From contig JAUCBJ010001992.1 in the NCBI GenBank assembly GCA_032718475.1, positions 61,939-125,938 on the forward strand: a DNA stretch of 64,000 nucleotides. Reading direction: 5' to 3'. The DNA comes from Nemertoderma westbladi. Lineage: Eukaryota > Animalia > Xenacoelomorpha. This document shows, one piece after another, positions 1 through 11,649 of this stretch; within the stretch, counting starts at the first letter, position 1; each line of letters starts with the position of its first letter. Made by a program: the position numbers and the translations under genes. The notes beneath the pieces are model-generated. The model was not told the DNA's origin, ran no database searches, and saw nothing but the letters and a program-made list of their open reading frames with translations.

Positions 1-1236
1 AGAGCTGCAATAATGGACGGATCCATTGCTATCAATACAAGCTTGCCAACCGAGAGCTGCAAGAATGGACGGATCCGTTGCTATCAATACAAGCTTGCCA
101 ACCGCGAGCTGCAATAATGGACGGATCCATTGCTATCAATACAAGCTTGCCAACCGCGAGCTGCAATAATGGACGGATCCATTGCTATCAATACAAGCTC
201 GCCAACCGAGAGCTGCAATAATGGATCCATTGCTATCAATACAAGCTTGCAAACCGAGAGCTGCAATAATGGACGGATCCATTGCTATCAATACAAGCTT
301 GCCAACCGAGAGCTGCAATAATGGACGGATCCATTGCTATCAATACAAGCTTGCCAACCGAGAGCTGCAATAATGGACGGATCCATTGCTATCAATACAA
401 GCTTGCCAACCGCGAGCTGCAATAATGGACGGATCCATTGCTATCAATACAAGCTCGCCAACCGAGAGCTGCAATAATGGATCCATTGCTATCAATACAA
501 GCTTGCAAACCGAGAGCTGCAATAATGGACGGATCCATTGCTATCAATACAAGCTTGCCAACCGAGAGCTGCAATAATGGATCCATTGCTATCAATACAA
601 GCTTGTCAGCCGAGAGCTGCAATAATGGACGGATCCATTGCTATCAATACAAGCTTGCCAACCGAGAGCTGCAATAATGGACGGATCCATTGCTATCAAT
701 ACAAGCTTGCCAACCGAGAGCTGCAATAATGGATCCATTGCTATCAATACAAGCTTGTCAGCCGAGAGCTGCAATAATGGATGGATCCAATGCTATCAAT
801 ACAAGCTTGCCAACCGAGAGCTGCAATAATGGACGGATCCATTGCTATCAATACAAGCTTGCCAGCCGAGAGCTGCAATAATGGACGGATCCGCTGCTAT
901 CAATACAAGCTAGCCAACCGAGAGCTGCAATAATGGACGGATCCGTTGCTATCAATACAAGCTGGCCAGCCGAGAGCTGCAATAATGGACGGATCCGCTG
1001 CTATCAATACAAGCTAGCCAACCGAGAGCTGCAATAATGGACGGATCCATTGCTATCAATACAAGCTTGCCAGCCGAGAGCTGCAATAATGGACGGATCC
1101 GCTGCTATCAATACAAGCTAGCCAACCGAGAGCTGCAATAATGGACGGATCCGTTGCTATCAATACAAGCTGGCCAGCCGAGAGCTGCAATAATGGACGG
1201 ATCCGCTGCTATCAATACAAGCTTGCCAACCGAGAC
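1..1236. repeat. 52-bp tandem satellite (with 48-bp deletion variants), truncated by the window start
   Basis: Unit agagctgcaataatggacggatccattgctatcaatacaagcttgccaaccg, about 24 copies visible; ends at accgagactaac. Confidence 0.97.
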
Positions 1237-1812
1237 TAACTTTCTTAACTTAATTTTAATATAATATATAATATATATAATATTATATCTATACATATAT
1301 GACATACGATAGATAGAAAACGATTAAAAACGATTAACATTTAATCAAAAATTAACGATAAGTGAAAACACGAATAACTTCTTTAAGGGACCCATAGCCT
1401 TGTGTTAAGTCTGAAGATTGTAAAACTAGAGCAATTGAAGAGAATATAAAGTTCTGAGATAATTTGAGCTCAAAACATTAATAATTAAAATTAGTAATGC
1501 ACTTGAGAGAGATAGATGTAGCAGTAGATAGATTCACGACTGTTATGGATACAGATACAACTAGCCCTGGTGGTAGTGAACTGTAAAGTGATGTGATTCA
1601 TTAGTGATACTCAAAATATATTATAAATTATACTACAACTAGGCCTATTGGATTTAATAAACAATACAGTATTGTATAATAGTAAACGCAGACAAGTGAT
1701 CAATTAAAATAAATTATTAAGTAAGCATGCAACACTATAAAGGAAAATAAATAAGCCAATCAGAACGGATGCAACAAGCGGGTGGTTGATTAACAGCCAA
1801 TCAGTTACTCAC

Positions 1813-1894
1813 ATTCTAATGGGTTGGTGAGTCCACTAGATGTCCAATCAAATAGCACAGGCGGTACAACGCAGCCTACGGGTTGACTCTGCTC
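1813..1894 (-). CDS. AFTPH: Aftiphilin homologue, coding exon 5 (EQSQPVGCVVPPVLFDWTSSGLTNPLE)
   Basis: Acceptor ctctctccatccaatag, donor gtgagt; 82 nt, phase 0 to 1. PPVLFDWTSSGLTNPL matches the conserved aftiphilin PPVQFDWSSSGLTNPL motif. Confidence 0.9.
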
Positions 1895-2944
1895 CTATTG
1901 GATGGAGAGAGACGTAGACCAATAAATATTGGATTATGATTGAATATAATTTACTTAAAATTGAAATGAATGGTGAAATAGCTTCATAAAAACATAAAAT
2001 ATATTTAATATCAAATAGGATTACATAGTACTTTGGTTGATTCACAACGGTACAAACGGGAAGTGGATAAAAACGGTACAAACGGGAAGTGGATAAAAAG
2101 GGACATTAGTTTATAATGTTGATTAAATAACCTGCTATATTATGTAACCTGCTATTATGTAACCTGCTATTCTGCTTCTTTCCCATAATACTAAATGGAT
2201 AATTTTTAGATTCATGTATTTTTCAATATCCCTCCTTTACTCTCATTTTTCGTGTCACCGCCCGGTTAGGAAAGGTTGACTTTTCATCAAAATAAATATA
2301 AAAATACAAATTGTATAATTCAAGTTGTTTACAACTCGAGTATATTATTATTGCGGACATGGTTACAGACGTATGTTAAACGAGTACCTCAATTGTTTTA
2401 GGTAAAAATATATTTTAAATTTTGTCACAATTTGATGATATTTACAATTTTTTTGCACAAAATCTTTACCCGCACCTGTTACATATACACCATGACCGGT
2501 AATATAGTGTCTTAATGAGATTGCATGAAATTTGAAACAGAGTTAGTTTCACCTCCCAACCACTGACTGGGTCAGCCAGAATTTTTATTTTTGCTTTCAT
2601 TCTTTAGCTACAAGCGTTTAAAAAAAGTGTGTCAGCGATATTAAACCAGTTACACCGCAGTTATTCTTCTACCTTATAGCTGTACCAATGGAAAGCTGGT
2701 CATGCAAGGATTCCAAATATGTAACACGATTTGAATTTAGTTGAAAAATAGCGGAGATATGGGCGTTCAAGTGTTGCATGGTTATGCACCTGCGCGAGGT
2801 TATTTTATTCTATTTAATAAATGCATCATAATCTGGAATATTTTGTTTATCCAAATACGCAGCTGGGTAAAAATGCATTTTTCATCTTTAATCAATCATA
2901 GCTATTCATACATTAACAAAATATTCCAGAATAATGGAGTACTC

Positions 2945-3377
2945 TAGTGTTTAAACGGGATGCCGATCCCGTAAAACCGGGATGCCGGCAAAAACTGCCG
3001 GTCCCGATCCCGATCCCGATCCCGACCTTTTTGGAACGGGATCCCGAAGTATATATAGTTAAAAATTTATTGATTATATCGAATTTTTAAGTCAGTAAAC
3101 CATCCAGTAATCTATTGCAAAATAATTTTAATATGACTTTATTAATATGACTTTATTAATATGACTTATATTTAATATGTATGACTTAACTAATATTTCA
3201 GAAGTGTAAGATAAAGTAAGTGATACCCAAAACCCACCACATATACTTAACTATAACTTTGATGAATTTGATCCAAAATTGCAATCCCGATCCTGATCCC
3301 GAAAAACGGACCCCGAGAGTGATAATCCCGGTGCCGATCCCGTAAATCCCGAAAAGTCTGATCCTGTTTAAACAGTA
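2945..3377. mobile_element. hAT-like MITE with GATCCC-type subterminal repeats
   Basis: TIR tagtgtttaaacgggat / atcctgtttaaacagta; repeated gatccc words near both ends; no clear 8-bp TSD. Confidence 0.55.
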
Positions 3378-3388
3378 GTTCATTTGAT

Positions 3389-3625
3389 GTCGCAGTGTCC
3401 GAGTGGATACGGCGCCTGATCTGCTTACACAATAGTATTTGGGGCGCAGGTTCGAATCCGACTAAAGGCTGTATAAATTTCGCACCCTTTAGACATTAGC
3501 GCCTACGCCAACCCAGCTGTATAATGGGAACCTGGCTTTGCGGGGTAATTATAATAAAAGCGCTTTGAGTATGCCGAGCGTAGAAAAGCGCTATATAAAT
3601 AATCAAAATTATTATTATTATTATT
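3389..3625 (+). mobile_element. tRNA-derived SINE with L2-type 3' tail and (ATT)n end
   Basis: A-box-like gtgtccgagtgg, B-box ggttcgaatcc, central caacccagctgtataatggg, tail aaagcgctttgag...aaagcgctatataaat, then (att)n. Confidence 0.85.
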
Positions 3626-3793
3626 TATATTAAATAGAATAAATAAAACAGCCTCGCTTAGTTGCAAAACCCATGCAACATTTGAACGCTCATATCTCAG
3701 CTATTTTTTAACGAAATTCAAATTGTGTTACATATTTGGAATCCTTGCATGGCCAGCTTTCCATTGGTACCAACTAACAGCTATAAGGTAGAA

Positions 3794-4053
3794 TAATAAC
3801 TGCGGTGGAACTCGTATAATATCGCCGGAGAGACTTTTTCAAACACGTGTAGCTAAAGATTAAATAAGAAAATAAAAATTTAATAACTGCGGTGGAACTG
3901 GTATAATATCGCCGGAGAGACTTTTTCAAACACGTGTAGCTAAAGATTAAATAAGAAAATAAAAATTTAATAACTGCGGTGGAACTGGTATAATATCGCC
4001 GGAGAGACTTTTTCAAACACGTGTAGCTAAAGATTAAATAAGAAAATAAAAAT
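3794..4053. repeat. 87-bp unit x3 inside the transposon arm
   Basis: taataactgcggtggaact... starts at 3794, 3881 and 3968. Confidence 0.92.
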
Positions 4054-4503
4054 TCTGGCTCATGTAGAAAAAAAATTTTTTTCCGGGACATTGACATGGG
4101 ACTATATTCCGGGACATGGTGTAGTTAGGAGAAAAAATTGAATTTCGAGTAAATATATATTACGAAAATACAACAATTTCAAATATATGAACAAAATTAA
4201 TAAAAACATGCCAAAAGTGATTTGTTATAAAATAAATAATAAGAAAGTTTATTGCCAATAACAAAAGGCCCAAAATTCCAAATAAGTATTATTATTGTTA
4301 TTGTTGTAAGGTTAGAAAATATTTAAAACAACCAGAGGTGAGTGAGAATAAACTTACCCAATTTCATTATTTAAACTGCATTGAAAATTAAAATAAATTT
4401 TAGGACGACAGCACACCTCTATGGTGGCCGACTGCTGCCACATAAACCATCAATGTCTAATAAAAATAATCGGTTAAAAAATCAATAAAAAAATTCAATA
4501 AAG

Positions 4504-7500
4504 CACAGAGCACCTAAGGGGCGTGATTGCACACCTCTCTCACAGAGCTCCTAAGGGGCGTGATTGCATACCTCTCTCACAGAGGTCCTAAGGGGCGTGA
4601 TTGCATACCTCTCTCACAGAGCTCCTAAGGGCCGTGATTGCACACCTCTCTCACAGAGCTCCTAAGGGCCGTAATTGCATACCTCTCTCACAGAGCTCCT
4701 AAGGGGCGTGATTGCATACCTCTCTCACAGAGCTACTAAGGGGCGTGATTGCATACCTCTCTCACAGAGCTCCTAAGGGGCGTGATTGCATACCTCTCTC
4801 AGAGCTCCTACCTCTCTCACAGAGCACCTAAGGGGCGTGATTGCACACCTCTCTCACAGAGCTCCTAAGGGGCGTGATTGCATACCTCTCTCACAGAGCT
4901 ACTAAGGGGCGTGATTGCATACCTCTCTCACAGAGCTCCTAAGGGGCGTGATTGCATACCTCTCTCAGAGCTCCTACCTCTCTCACAGAGCACCTAAGGG
5001 GCGTGATTTTAGCGACGGACGACAGCACACCTCTCTCACAGAGCTCCTAAGGGGCGTGATTGCATACCTCTCTCACAGAGCTACTAAGGGGCGTGATTGC
5101 ATACCTCTCTCACAGAGCTCCTAAGGGCCGTGATTGCATACCTCTCTCACAGAGCTCCTAAGGGGCGTGATTGCACACCTCTCTCACACAGCTCCTAAGG
5201 GCGTGATTGCATACCTCTCTCACAGAGGTCCTAAGGGGCGTGATTGCACACCTCTCTCACAGAGCTCCTAAGGGCCGTGATTGCACACCTCTCTCACAGA
5301 GCTCCTAAGGGCCGTGATTGCACACCTCTCTCACAGAGCTCCTAAGGGCCGTGATTGCACACCTCTCTCACAGAGCTCCTAAGGGGCGTGATTGCATACC
5401 TCTCTCACAGAGGTCCTAAGGGGCGTGATTGCATACCTCTCTCACAGAGCTCCTAAGGGCCGTGATTGCACACCTCTCTCACAGAGCACCTAAGGGGCGT
5501 GATTGCACACCTCTCTCACAGAGGTCCTAAGGGGCGTGATTGCACACCTCTCTCACAGAGCTCCTAAGGGCCGTGATTACACACCTCTCTCACAGAGCTC
5601 CTAAGGGCCGTGATTGCACACCTCTCTCACAGAGCTCCTAAGGGCCGTGATTGCACACCTCTCTCACAGAGCTCCTAAGGGCCGTGATTGCACACCTCTC
5701 TCACAGAGCTCCTAAGGGCCGTGATTGCACACCTCTCTCACAGAGCTCCTAAGGGGCGTGATTGCATACCTCTCTCACAGAGGTCCTAAGGGGCGTGATT
5801 GCATACCTCTCTCACAGAGCTCCTAAGGGCCGTGATTGCACACCTCTCTCACAGAGCACCTAAGGGGCGTGATTGCACACCTCTCTCACAGAGGTCCTAA
5901 GGGGCGTGATTGCACACCTCTCTCACAGAGCTCCTAAGGGCCGTAATTGCATACCTCTCTCACAGAGCTCCTAAGGGGCGTGATTGCATACCTCTCTCAC
6001 AGAGCTACTAAGGGGCGTGATTGCATACCTCTCTCACAGAGCACATAAGGGGCGTGATTGCACACCTCTCTCACAGAGCTCCTAAGGGGCGTGATTGCAT
6101 ACCTCTCTCACAGAGCACCTAAGGGGCGTGATTGCACACCTCTCTCACAGAGCTCCTAAGGGGCGTGATTGCATACCTCTCTCACAGAGGTCCTAAGGGG
6201 CGTGATTGCATACCTCTCTCACAGAGCTCCTAAGGGCCGTGATTGCACACCTCTCTCACAGAGCTCCTAAGGGCCGTAATTGCATACCTCTCTCACAGAG
6301 TTCCTAAGGGGCGTGATTGCATACCTCTCTCACAGAGCTACTAAGGGGCGTGATTGCATACCTCTCTCACAGAGCTCCTACCTCTCTCACAGAGCACCTA
6401 AGGGGCGTGATTGCACACCTCTCTCACAGAGCTCCTAAGGGGCGTGATTGCATACCTCTCTCAGAGCTCCTACCTCTCTCACAGAGCACCTAAGGGGCGT
6501 GATTTTAGCGACGGACGACAGCACACCTCTCTCACAGAGCTCCTAAGGGGCGTGATTGCATACCTCTCTCACAGAGCTACTAAGGGGCGTGATTGCATAC
6601 CTCTCTCACAGAGCTCCTAAGGGCCGTGATTGCATACCTCTCTCACAGAGCTCCTAAGGGGCGTGATTGCATACCTCTCTCACAGAGCTCCTAAGGGGCG
6701 TGATTGCATACCTCTCTCACAGAGCTACTAAGGGGCGTGATTGCATACCTCTCTCACAGAGCTACTAAGGGGCGTGATTGCATACCTCTCTCACAGAGCT
6801 CCTAAGGGGCGTGATTGCATACCTCTCTCACAGAGCTACTAAGGGGCGTGATTGCATACCTCTCTCACAGAGCTCCTAAGGGCCGTGATTGCACACCTCT
6901 CTCACAGAGCTCCTAAGGGGCGTGATTGCATACCTCTCTCACAGAGCTCCTAAGGGGCGTGATTGCATACCTCTCTCACAGAGCTACTAAGGGGCGTGAT
7001 TGCATACCTCTCTCACAGAGCTACTAAGGGGCGTGATTGCATACCTCTCTCACAGAGCTCCTAAGGGGCGTGATTGCATACCTCTCTCACAGAGCTACTA
7101 AGAGGCGTGATTGCATACCTCTCTCACAGAGCTCCTAAGGGCCGTGATTGCACACCTCTCTCACAGAGCTCCTAAGGGGCGTGATTGCATACCTCTCTCA
7201 CAGAGCTCCTAAGGGGCGTGATTGCATACCTCTCTCACAGAGCTCCTAAGGGCCGTGATTGCATACCTCTCTCACAGAGCTCCTAAGGGGCGTGATTGCA
7301 TACCTCTCTCACAGAGCTCCTAAGGGGCGTGATTGCATACCTCTCTCACAGAGCTCCTAAGGGCCGTGATTGCACACCTCTCTCACAGAGCTCCTAAGGG
7401 CCGTGATTGCACACCTCTCTCACAGAGCTCCTAAGGGGCGTGATTGCATACCTCTCTCACAGAGCTCCTAAGGGGCGTGATTGCATACCTCTCTCAGAGC

Positions 7501-7582
7501 TCCTACCTCTCTCACAGAGCACCTAAGGGGCGTGATTGCACACCTCTCTCACAGAGCTCCTAAGGGGCGTGATTTTAGCGAC
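4504..7582. repeat. 37-bp satellite, about 80 copies, with a 1496-bp higher-order duplication
   Basis: Unit cacagagctcctaaggggcgtgattgcatacctctct; identical irregular blocks at 4915 and 6411. Confidence 0.97.
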
Positions 7583-7984
7583 CTCTAACTGAATATATTG
7601 TTGAGATAAGAGATAACAAGTTTTTGAAACAGAATTTAAATAACTTTCGTTTCGTTTCGTTATGCTATCCCTGGTTACATACATACTCCCGGTTACCTAG
7701 AGAAGTAGTGTTAATGAGCTTCCCAGTTTGTACCGGCCAAATTGGTAGTAGAAATTAGGAAATTATTATACAAATTTCCGTTGCTCCGGAAACTAAATAG
7801 GTAATTATATTATAGTATAGTTTAGTAAAGAGATAGTCATGGGACTAAAGTTTGTCTACGCCAAGTTTGGAGAAAACCCCACCAATTAGTTGCCTTGTTG
7901 CTATGTAAAATCCATGTTGCTAAGGAAAGACACAGGAAATTGAAAGTGATCCGCATCATATATTTTTATAGAATTTTATTATTA

Positions 7985-8135
7985 TATTTTACTTTTTTCG
8001 CTGGGAAAAAAAGTAAAATCAATGCAATCCTATATGGGTTACTATTTTCCCAAGGGAAAAAAGTGAAATTTTTTCCCCCGATTTTAAGGTAAATTTGAGC
8101 GAAAAAGAAACAATTTAAGAATAAATTACTTAGCT
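7985..8135 (+). repeat. Dispersed repeat (second copy at about 25530-25680)
   Basis: tttacttttttcgctgggaaaaaaagtaaaatcaatgca...gagcgaaaaag shared with the 25534 region. Confidence 0.7.
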
Positions 8136-8356
8136 TTCCGCTTAGTGCAACATCATAAAACAAGTTTCCGCAATAATTTACAATTATAAATTACCAATTT
8201 AAGTTATTTACATAATTTTAAGTTAACAGTAAAGGATATTAAAAGAGAACTCGATTACAGACAGAATGCATGCGATGATGAATTCGGCAAATTTAAAATT
8301 ATTTATTTATAAAAATTGCCTTCATTACCGAATAATGGGAAGTTGCCTGGAAGATT

Positions 8357-8672
8357 GCTCTTTATATCCCGGCGGGATGTAAAATGTTTTATTTATATCC
8401 CGACGAGTTAATAAGTGTTGAATCACTGAGCTTCAATTGAACCTCGCCGCGGCAGTCGGTTTCAACGTCATTAATATTATAATCACCTCGTCTTCACATC
8501 TTTATTATTAATTTAGTTAAATAATGTTATTGATTACAATATGTTTCATAGCGATCCAGGCAATAATGACATTCATAAAAATAAATTTAGCTTTATATCC
8601 CTTATAACCCCTGACACGCATAATTAACCTTGCTCTGTAAATTCTACACCACGGGGGCGGGATATAAAGAAC
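8357..8672. mobile_element. Small inverted-repeat element (MITE-like)
   Basis: tttatatcccg at the left and cgggatataaag at the right, with internal copies of the same word. Confidence 0.4.
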
Positions 8673-8798
8673 TAGTTTATTTCTATGGATATAATTATTT
8701 TATTTATTTCCATCAATTTATCAAAGATACAATAAATAACTATAAAATTATGGAAACCAAGATTAGTGCATTAGTTTCCAAGGTAACCGCGGTCTTAC

Positions 8799-8930
8799 CA
8801 TAGAGTTTTCCTCGGATTCGTCCTCCTTTACAGCGGCGTTGATATTATCTGTAGACGCGCTCGCCTTGCTGGGTGTAAGTAGGCCGAGGTTACTCGCGAA
8901 TATCGGGATGTTAGACTTCCTGCCGGCCAG
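8799..8930 (-). CDS. AFTPH: Aftiphilin homologue, coding exon 4 (LAGRKSNIPIFASNLGLLTPSK...ENSM)
   Basis: Acceptor tatttccccag, donor gtaaga; 132 nt, phase 0-0. PIFASNLGLLTP resembles aftiphilin PMYAAGLGMLEP. Confidence 0.87.
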
Positions 8931-9067
8931 CTGGGGAAATATAACGGGATAAAAATTCAATAACTAAAGGAAAAAAATAATATTAATTACCACTGGAGGT
9001 AGTGATGTATCCAGTAGAGGCATAGGGGTTAAGAGGTGTAGGGATAGAGTGGGAATATATTTAAAGA

Positions 9068-9373
9068 ATATATATTTAAAGAAGTTAGGAACTGCTGATT
9101 GGCTGAACTGGTTAGCCAATGATACGTAATACAACTCACAATGTTACTGGCATCTATATTTAAAGAAGTTAGGAACTGCTGATTTGCTGAACTGGTTAGC
9201 CAATGATGCGTAATACAACTCACAATGTTACTGGCATCTATATTTAAAGAAGTTAGGAACTGCTGATTGGCTGAACTGGTTAGCCAATGATACGTAATAC
9301 AACTCACAATGTTACTGGCATCTATATTTAAAGAAGTTAGGAACTGCTGATTGGCTGAACTGGTTAGCCAATG
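9068..9373 (-). repeat. 84-bp tandem repeat (about 3.6 copies) spanning the exon 3' end and donor site
   Basis: HWLTSSANQQFLTSLNIDASNIVSCIT(Y/H) repeated in frame; each full unit contains att|gtgagt. Confidence 0.93.
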
Positions 9374-9499
9374 AAACGAATGCGCAGGGGTTGATTCCAT
9401 GTCTATAAGTCGATTCCATAAGTCAGTGGTAGAGGGCCTCGATTGGTCACTGTCTGATATTTGGTCTATTGTAACATCAGGTTGGGAGCTGTGAGTCAC
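9308..9499 (-). CDS. AFTPH: Aftiphilin homologue, coding exon 3 (clathrin-binding-box region); alternative 3' ends at 9224 and 9140
   Basis: Acceptor ttttacctctag, donor gtgagt; phase 0-0. LWNRLIDMESTPAHSFHWLTSSANQQFLTSLNIDASNI matches the aftiphilin pattern W..L.D......L.YQW..S.SNK.LL.SLGID.RNI. Confidence 0.88.
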
Positions 9500-9822
9500 C
9501 TAGAGGTAAAAATAACAATACTCCAATGATGTATCGATGTGCGATTTGAACATTAAACATGTCCAATAAACATGTGGAAAACTGAAAATAGTACTATGTG
9601 CTCTTGTTTATTGTTTTGGTTCAGCAAAATCTTAAGGACAAATGAAATCATTCATGTTTGCCAACAATTTCCCCAGTCACCATCCGGAAGTCCTCCTGGC
9701 ACTCTCAAAAGGCACCTGATGCAGCTTCACTTGTTATTCAACTATTTCTTGTCCTGTCCTCATCGACCCAATACTCGCTGATATTATAAATACATGCCGC
9801 AGGCTTGGAGACACACCCAATA

Positions 9823-9925
9823 AAACACTAGAGTCTTACAACCTTTAACTACAAAAAAAAAATATAGAATCAGTCTTTCAATCAATCAATCTTTTTGTAA
9901 TTAAGGTTGTAAGACTCTAGTGTTT
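9823..9925. repeat. Short hairpin / tiny MITE
   Basis: aaacactagagtcttacaacctt ... aaggttgtaagactctagtgttt inverted arms, extending into A/T tracts. Confidence 0.85.
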
Positions 9926-10371
9926 ACCTTAAAGTTAATATATACATCACAACCCCCTGTTAGTCTAGTATGTCGGTACATTCAATTATCACTCGAAGTA
10001 TACGCGATATATATTTTATAATATATTTTAAACATATGTTCTCTGCAGTACAATTTAGTATATTTTATTTGTGCGTTCGTTTTACTCGTTTCTTTTACTG
10101 TTACTACACATACAGTTATACCATCATTTATCTTGTGCCAATGTAAACCTTATTGACGTGCTGTTTATTTGTATTCATATTTTACTTTGAAGATAATATA
10201 ATGACGGTTTGACCGACTTCGTTATTTAAAAAAAAAATACGACTTATAAGCTGTTTACTCACGCCGGCCATAGATCACGCATTACTGATCAGAAATACCA
10301 CTAAAAGCATCATGAAAGGACCACCAATGGTGGTCCTCAGTGACTACAGTTTATATTGTACATCATATCAG

Positions 10372-10712
10372 AGCGTGACGAATAAACAGGGCGACGTTTA
10401 AAAAAATACAACTACATTATATCGCGTGACGAATAAATAGGGCGACGTTTTAAAAACCCAACTACATTATATCGGGTGACGAATAAATAGGGCGACGTTT
10501 TAAAAACCCAACTACATTATATCTCGTGAGGAATAAATAGGGCGACGTTTAAAAACCGAACTATCGCGTGACGAATAAATAGGGCGACGTTTTAAAAACC
10601 CAACTACATTATATCTCGTGAGGAATAAATAGGGCGACGTTTAAAAACCCAACTATCGCGTGACGAATAAATAGGGCGACGTTTTAAAAAACCCAACTAC
10701 ATTAAATCGCGT
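10372..10712. repeat. 44-51 bp minisatellite, about 7 copies
   Basis: gcgtgacgaataaatagggcgacgttttaaaaacccaactacattatatc and shorter variants. Confidence 0.92.
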
Positions 10713-11194
10713 TACATTTCCATTTACATGTATCGTGAAGTTAATCCGTATTAAATACCTTTATTGCTTTATTATCTACACGAGTAGAACACCACCTGGT
10801 ACCAGAAGGACTGACTGGAATGAATAACAACAACATATTTTAAACTAGTAGAGACCTAGTAGAGCACTTAAGCTAACTGAGTACTGAGATTACTCAATCT
10901 AGGCATTACAATTATTCTTTCAACTCGAACAAATAAGTATGTTTGGATAGGCACGCATGTAGGCATTGTACACATTCGATTTATAAGGATTAGGAATACT
11001 TACTGGGCCGAGGGATATTGGGCAAAATACCAATTCAATACCATAAGAGTTAGCAATATTATTTAATTTAAATATTACTGACTGTGTTGTTGTTTTAGGA
11101 GAACAAATATAATATAGGAGATAAAACAAATATATAACAGTCGCCCATGCCTTATTGAGCTCTTACTTCTTTCTTATAACATGTACAGTACATA

Positions 11195-11288
11195 CATATA
11201 CTAATTAATTTATTGTTTTGGTTAGATTCAGTCCTTCTGTAATCTTGGATTTTAGTGAAAACCTGGTATTCTTCACATGGGGGTAAAC
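11195..11288 (-). mobile_element. Fragment of the CCCATGTGAAGAATACC-TIR element family
   Basis: Reverse complement of about 48586-48675; contains ctggtattcttcacatggggg. Confidence 0.7.
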
Positions 11289-11649
11289 AGCAAAGTTATG
11301 AAATAACGGTATACTGGGGTACTGGCGTAATCGATAATTAACATTGTGACAATAACCACCATCCCTCATTCAACACAATACTTCACTTCCGAACTTTGAA
11401 CTTACAAGCTCGCATCAAACTTTCACTTTGCAGTTTCTAAGAAATTTATTAAGTAGTTGTTCTGCACTTAGAGATAAATTTCCTACTGATATGTGGAATT
11501 ATTGTTTAGGCCTATATAAATAATCAATTAATATATCCCACTGTACAACAAATTTAATTATTGTTATAGTATTATTTACTATTATTTCAAGCTTTAATGA
11601 TTTTAAAAGTGACACAAGTATAATAGTTTTTCAGGATTGAATACAAATA

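Larger units (their letters stand above)
2488..4121. mobile_element. Tc1/mariner-like non-autonomous element with long imperfect inverted arms, carrying nested inserts
   Basis: Termini TA|caccatgaccggtaatatagt and actatattccgggacatggtg|TA. About 2575-2822 is the reverse complement of about 3625-4060. Another arm copy lies at about 21076-21530. Confidence 0.65.

Noticed and set aside
84-1305. Short ORFs in the 52-bp array, and similar ones at 3774, 4915, 6411, 32941 and 58652
   Set aside because: Translations of tandem repeats with no coding signature.
1500-1581. Further AFTPH exon after a tttacag acceptor
   Set aside because: The phase required by exon 5 meets a stop within seven codons and there is no motif similarity.
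3389-3470. tRNA-Leu/Ser gene
   Set aside because: The acceptor and anticodon stems do not pair well, and the sequence continues into a SINE body and LINE-like tail.
4504-7582. CRISPR-like array (37-bp repeats)
   Set aside because: Units are contiguous with no unique spacers, there are no cas genes, and the context is eukaryotic; the same applies to the other arrays.
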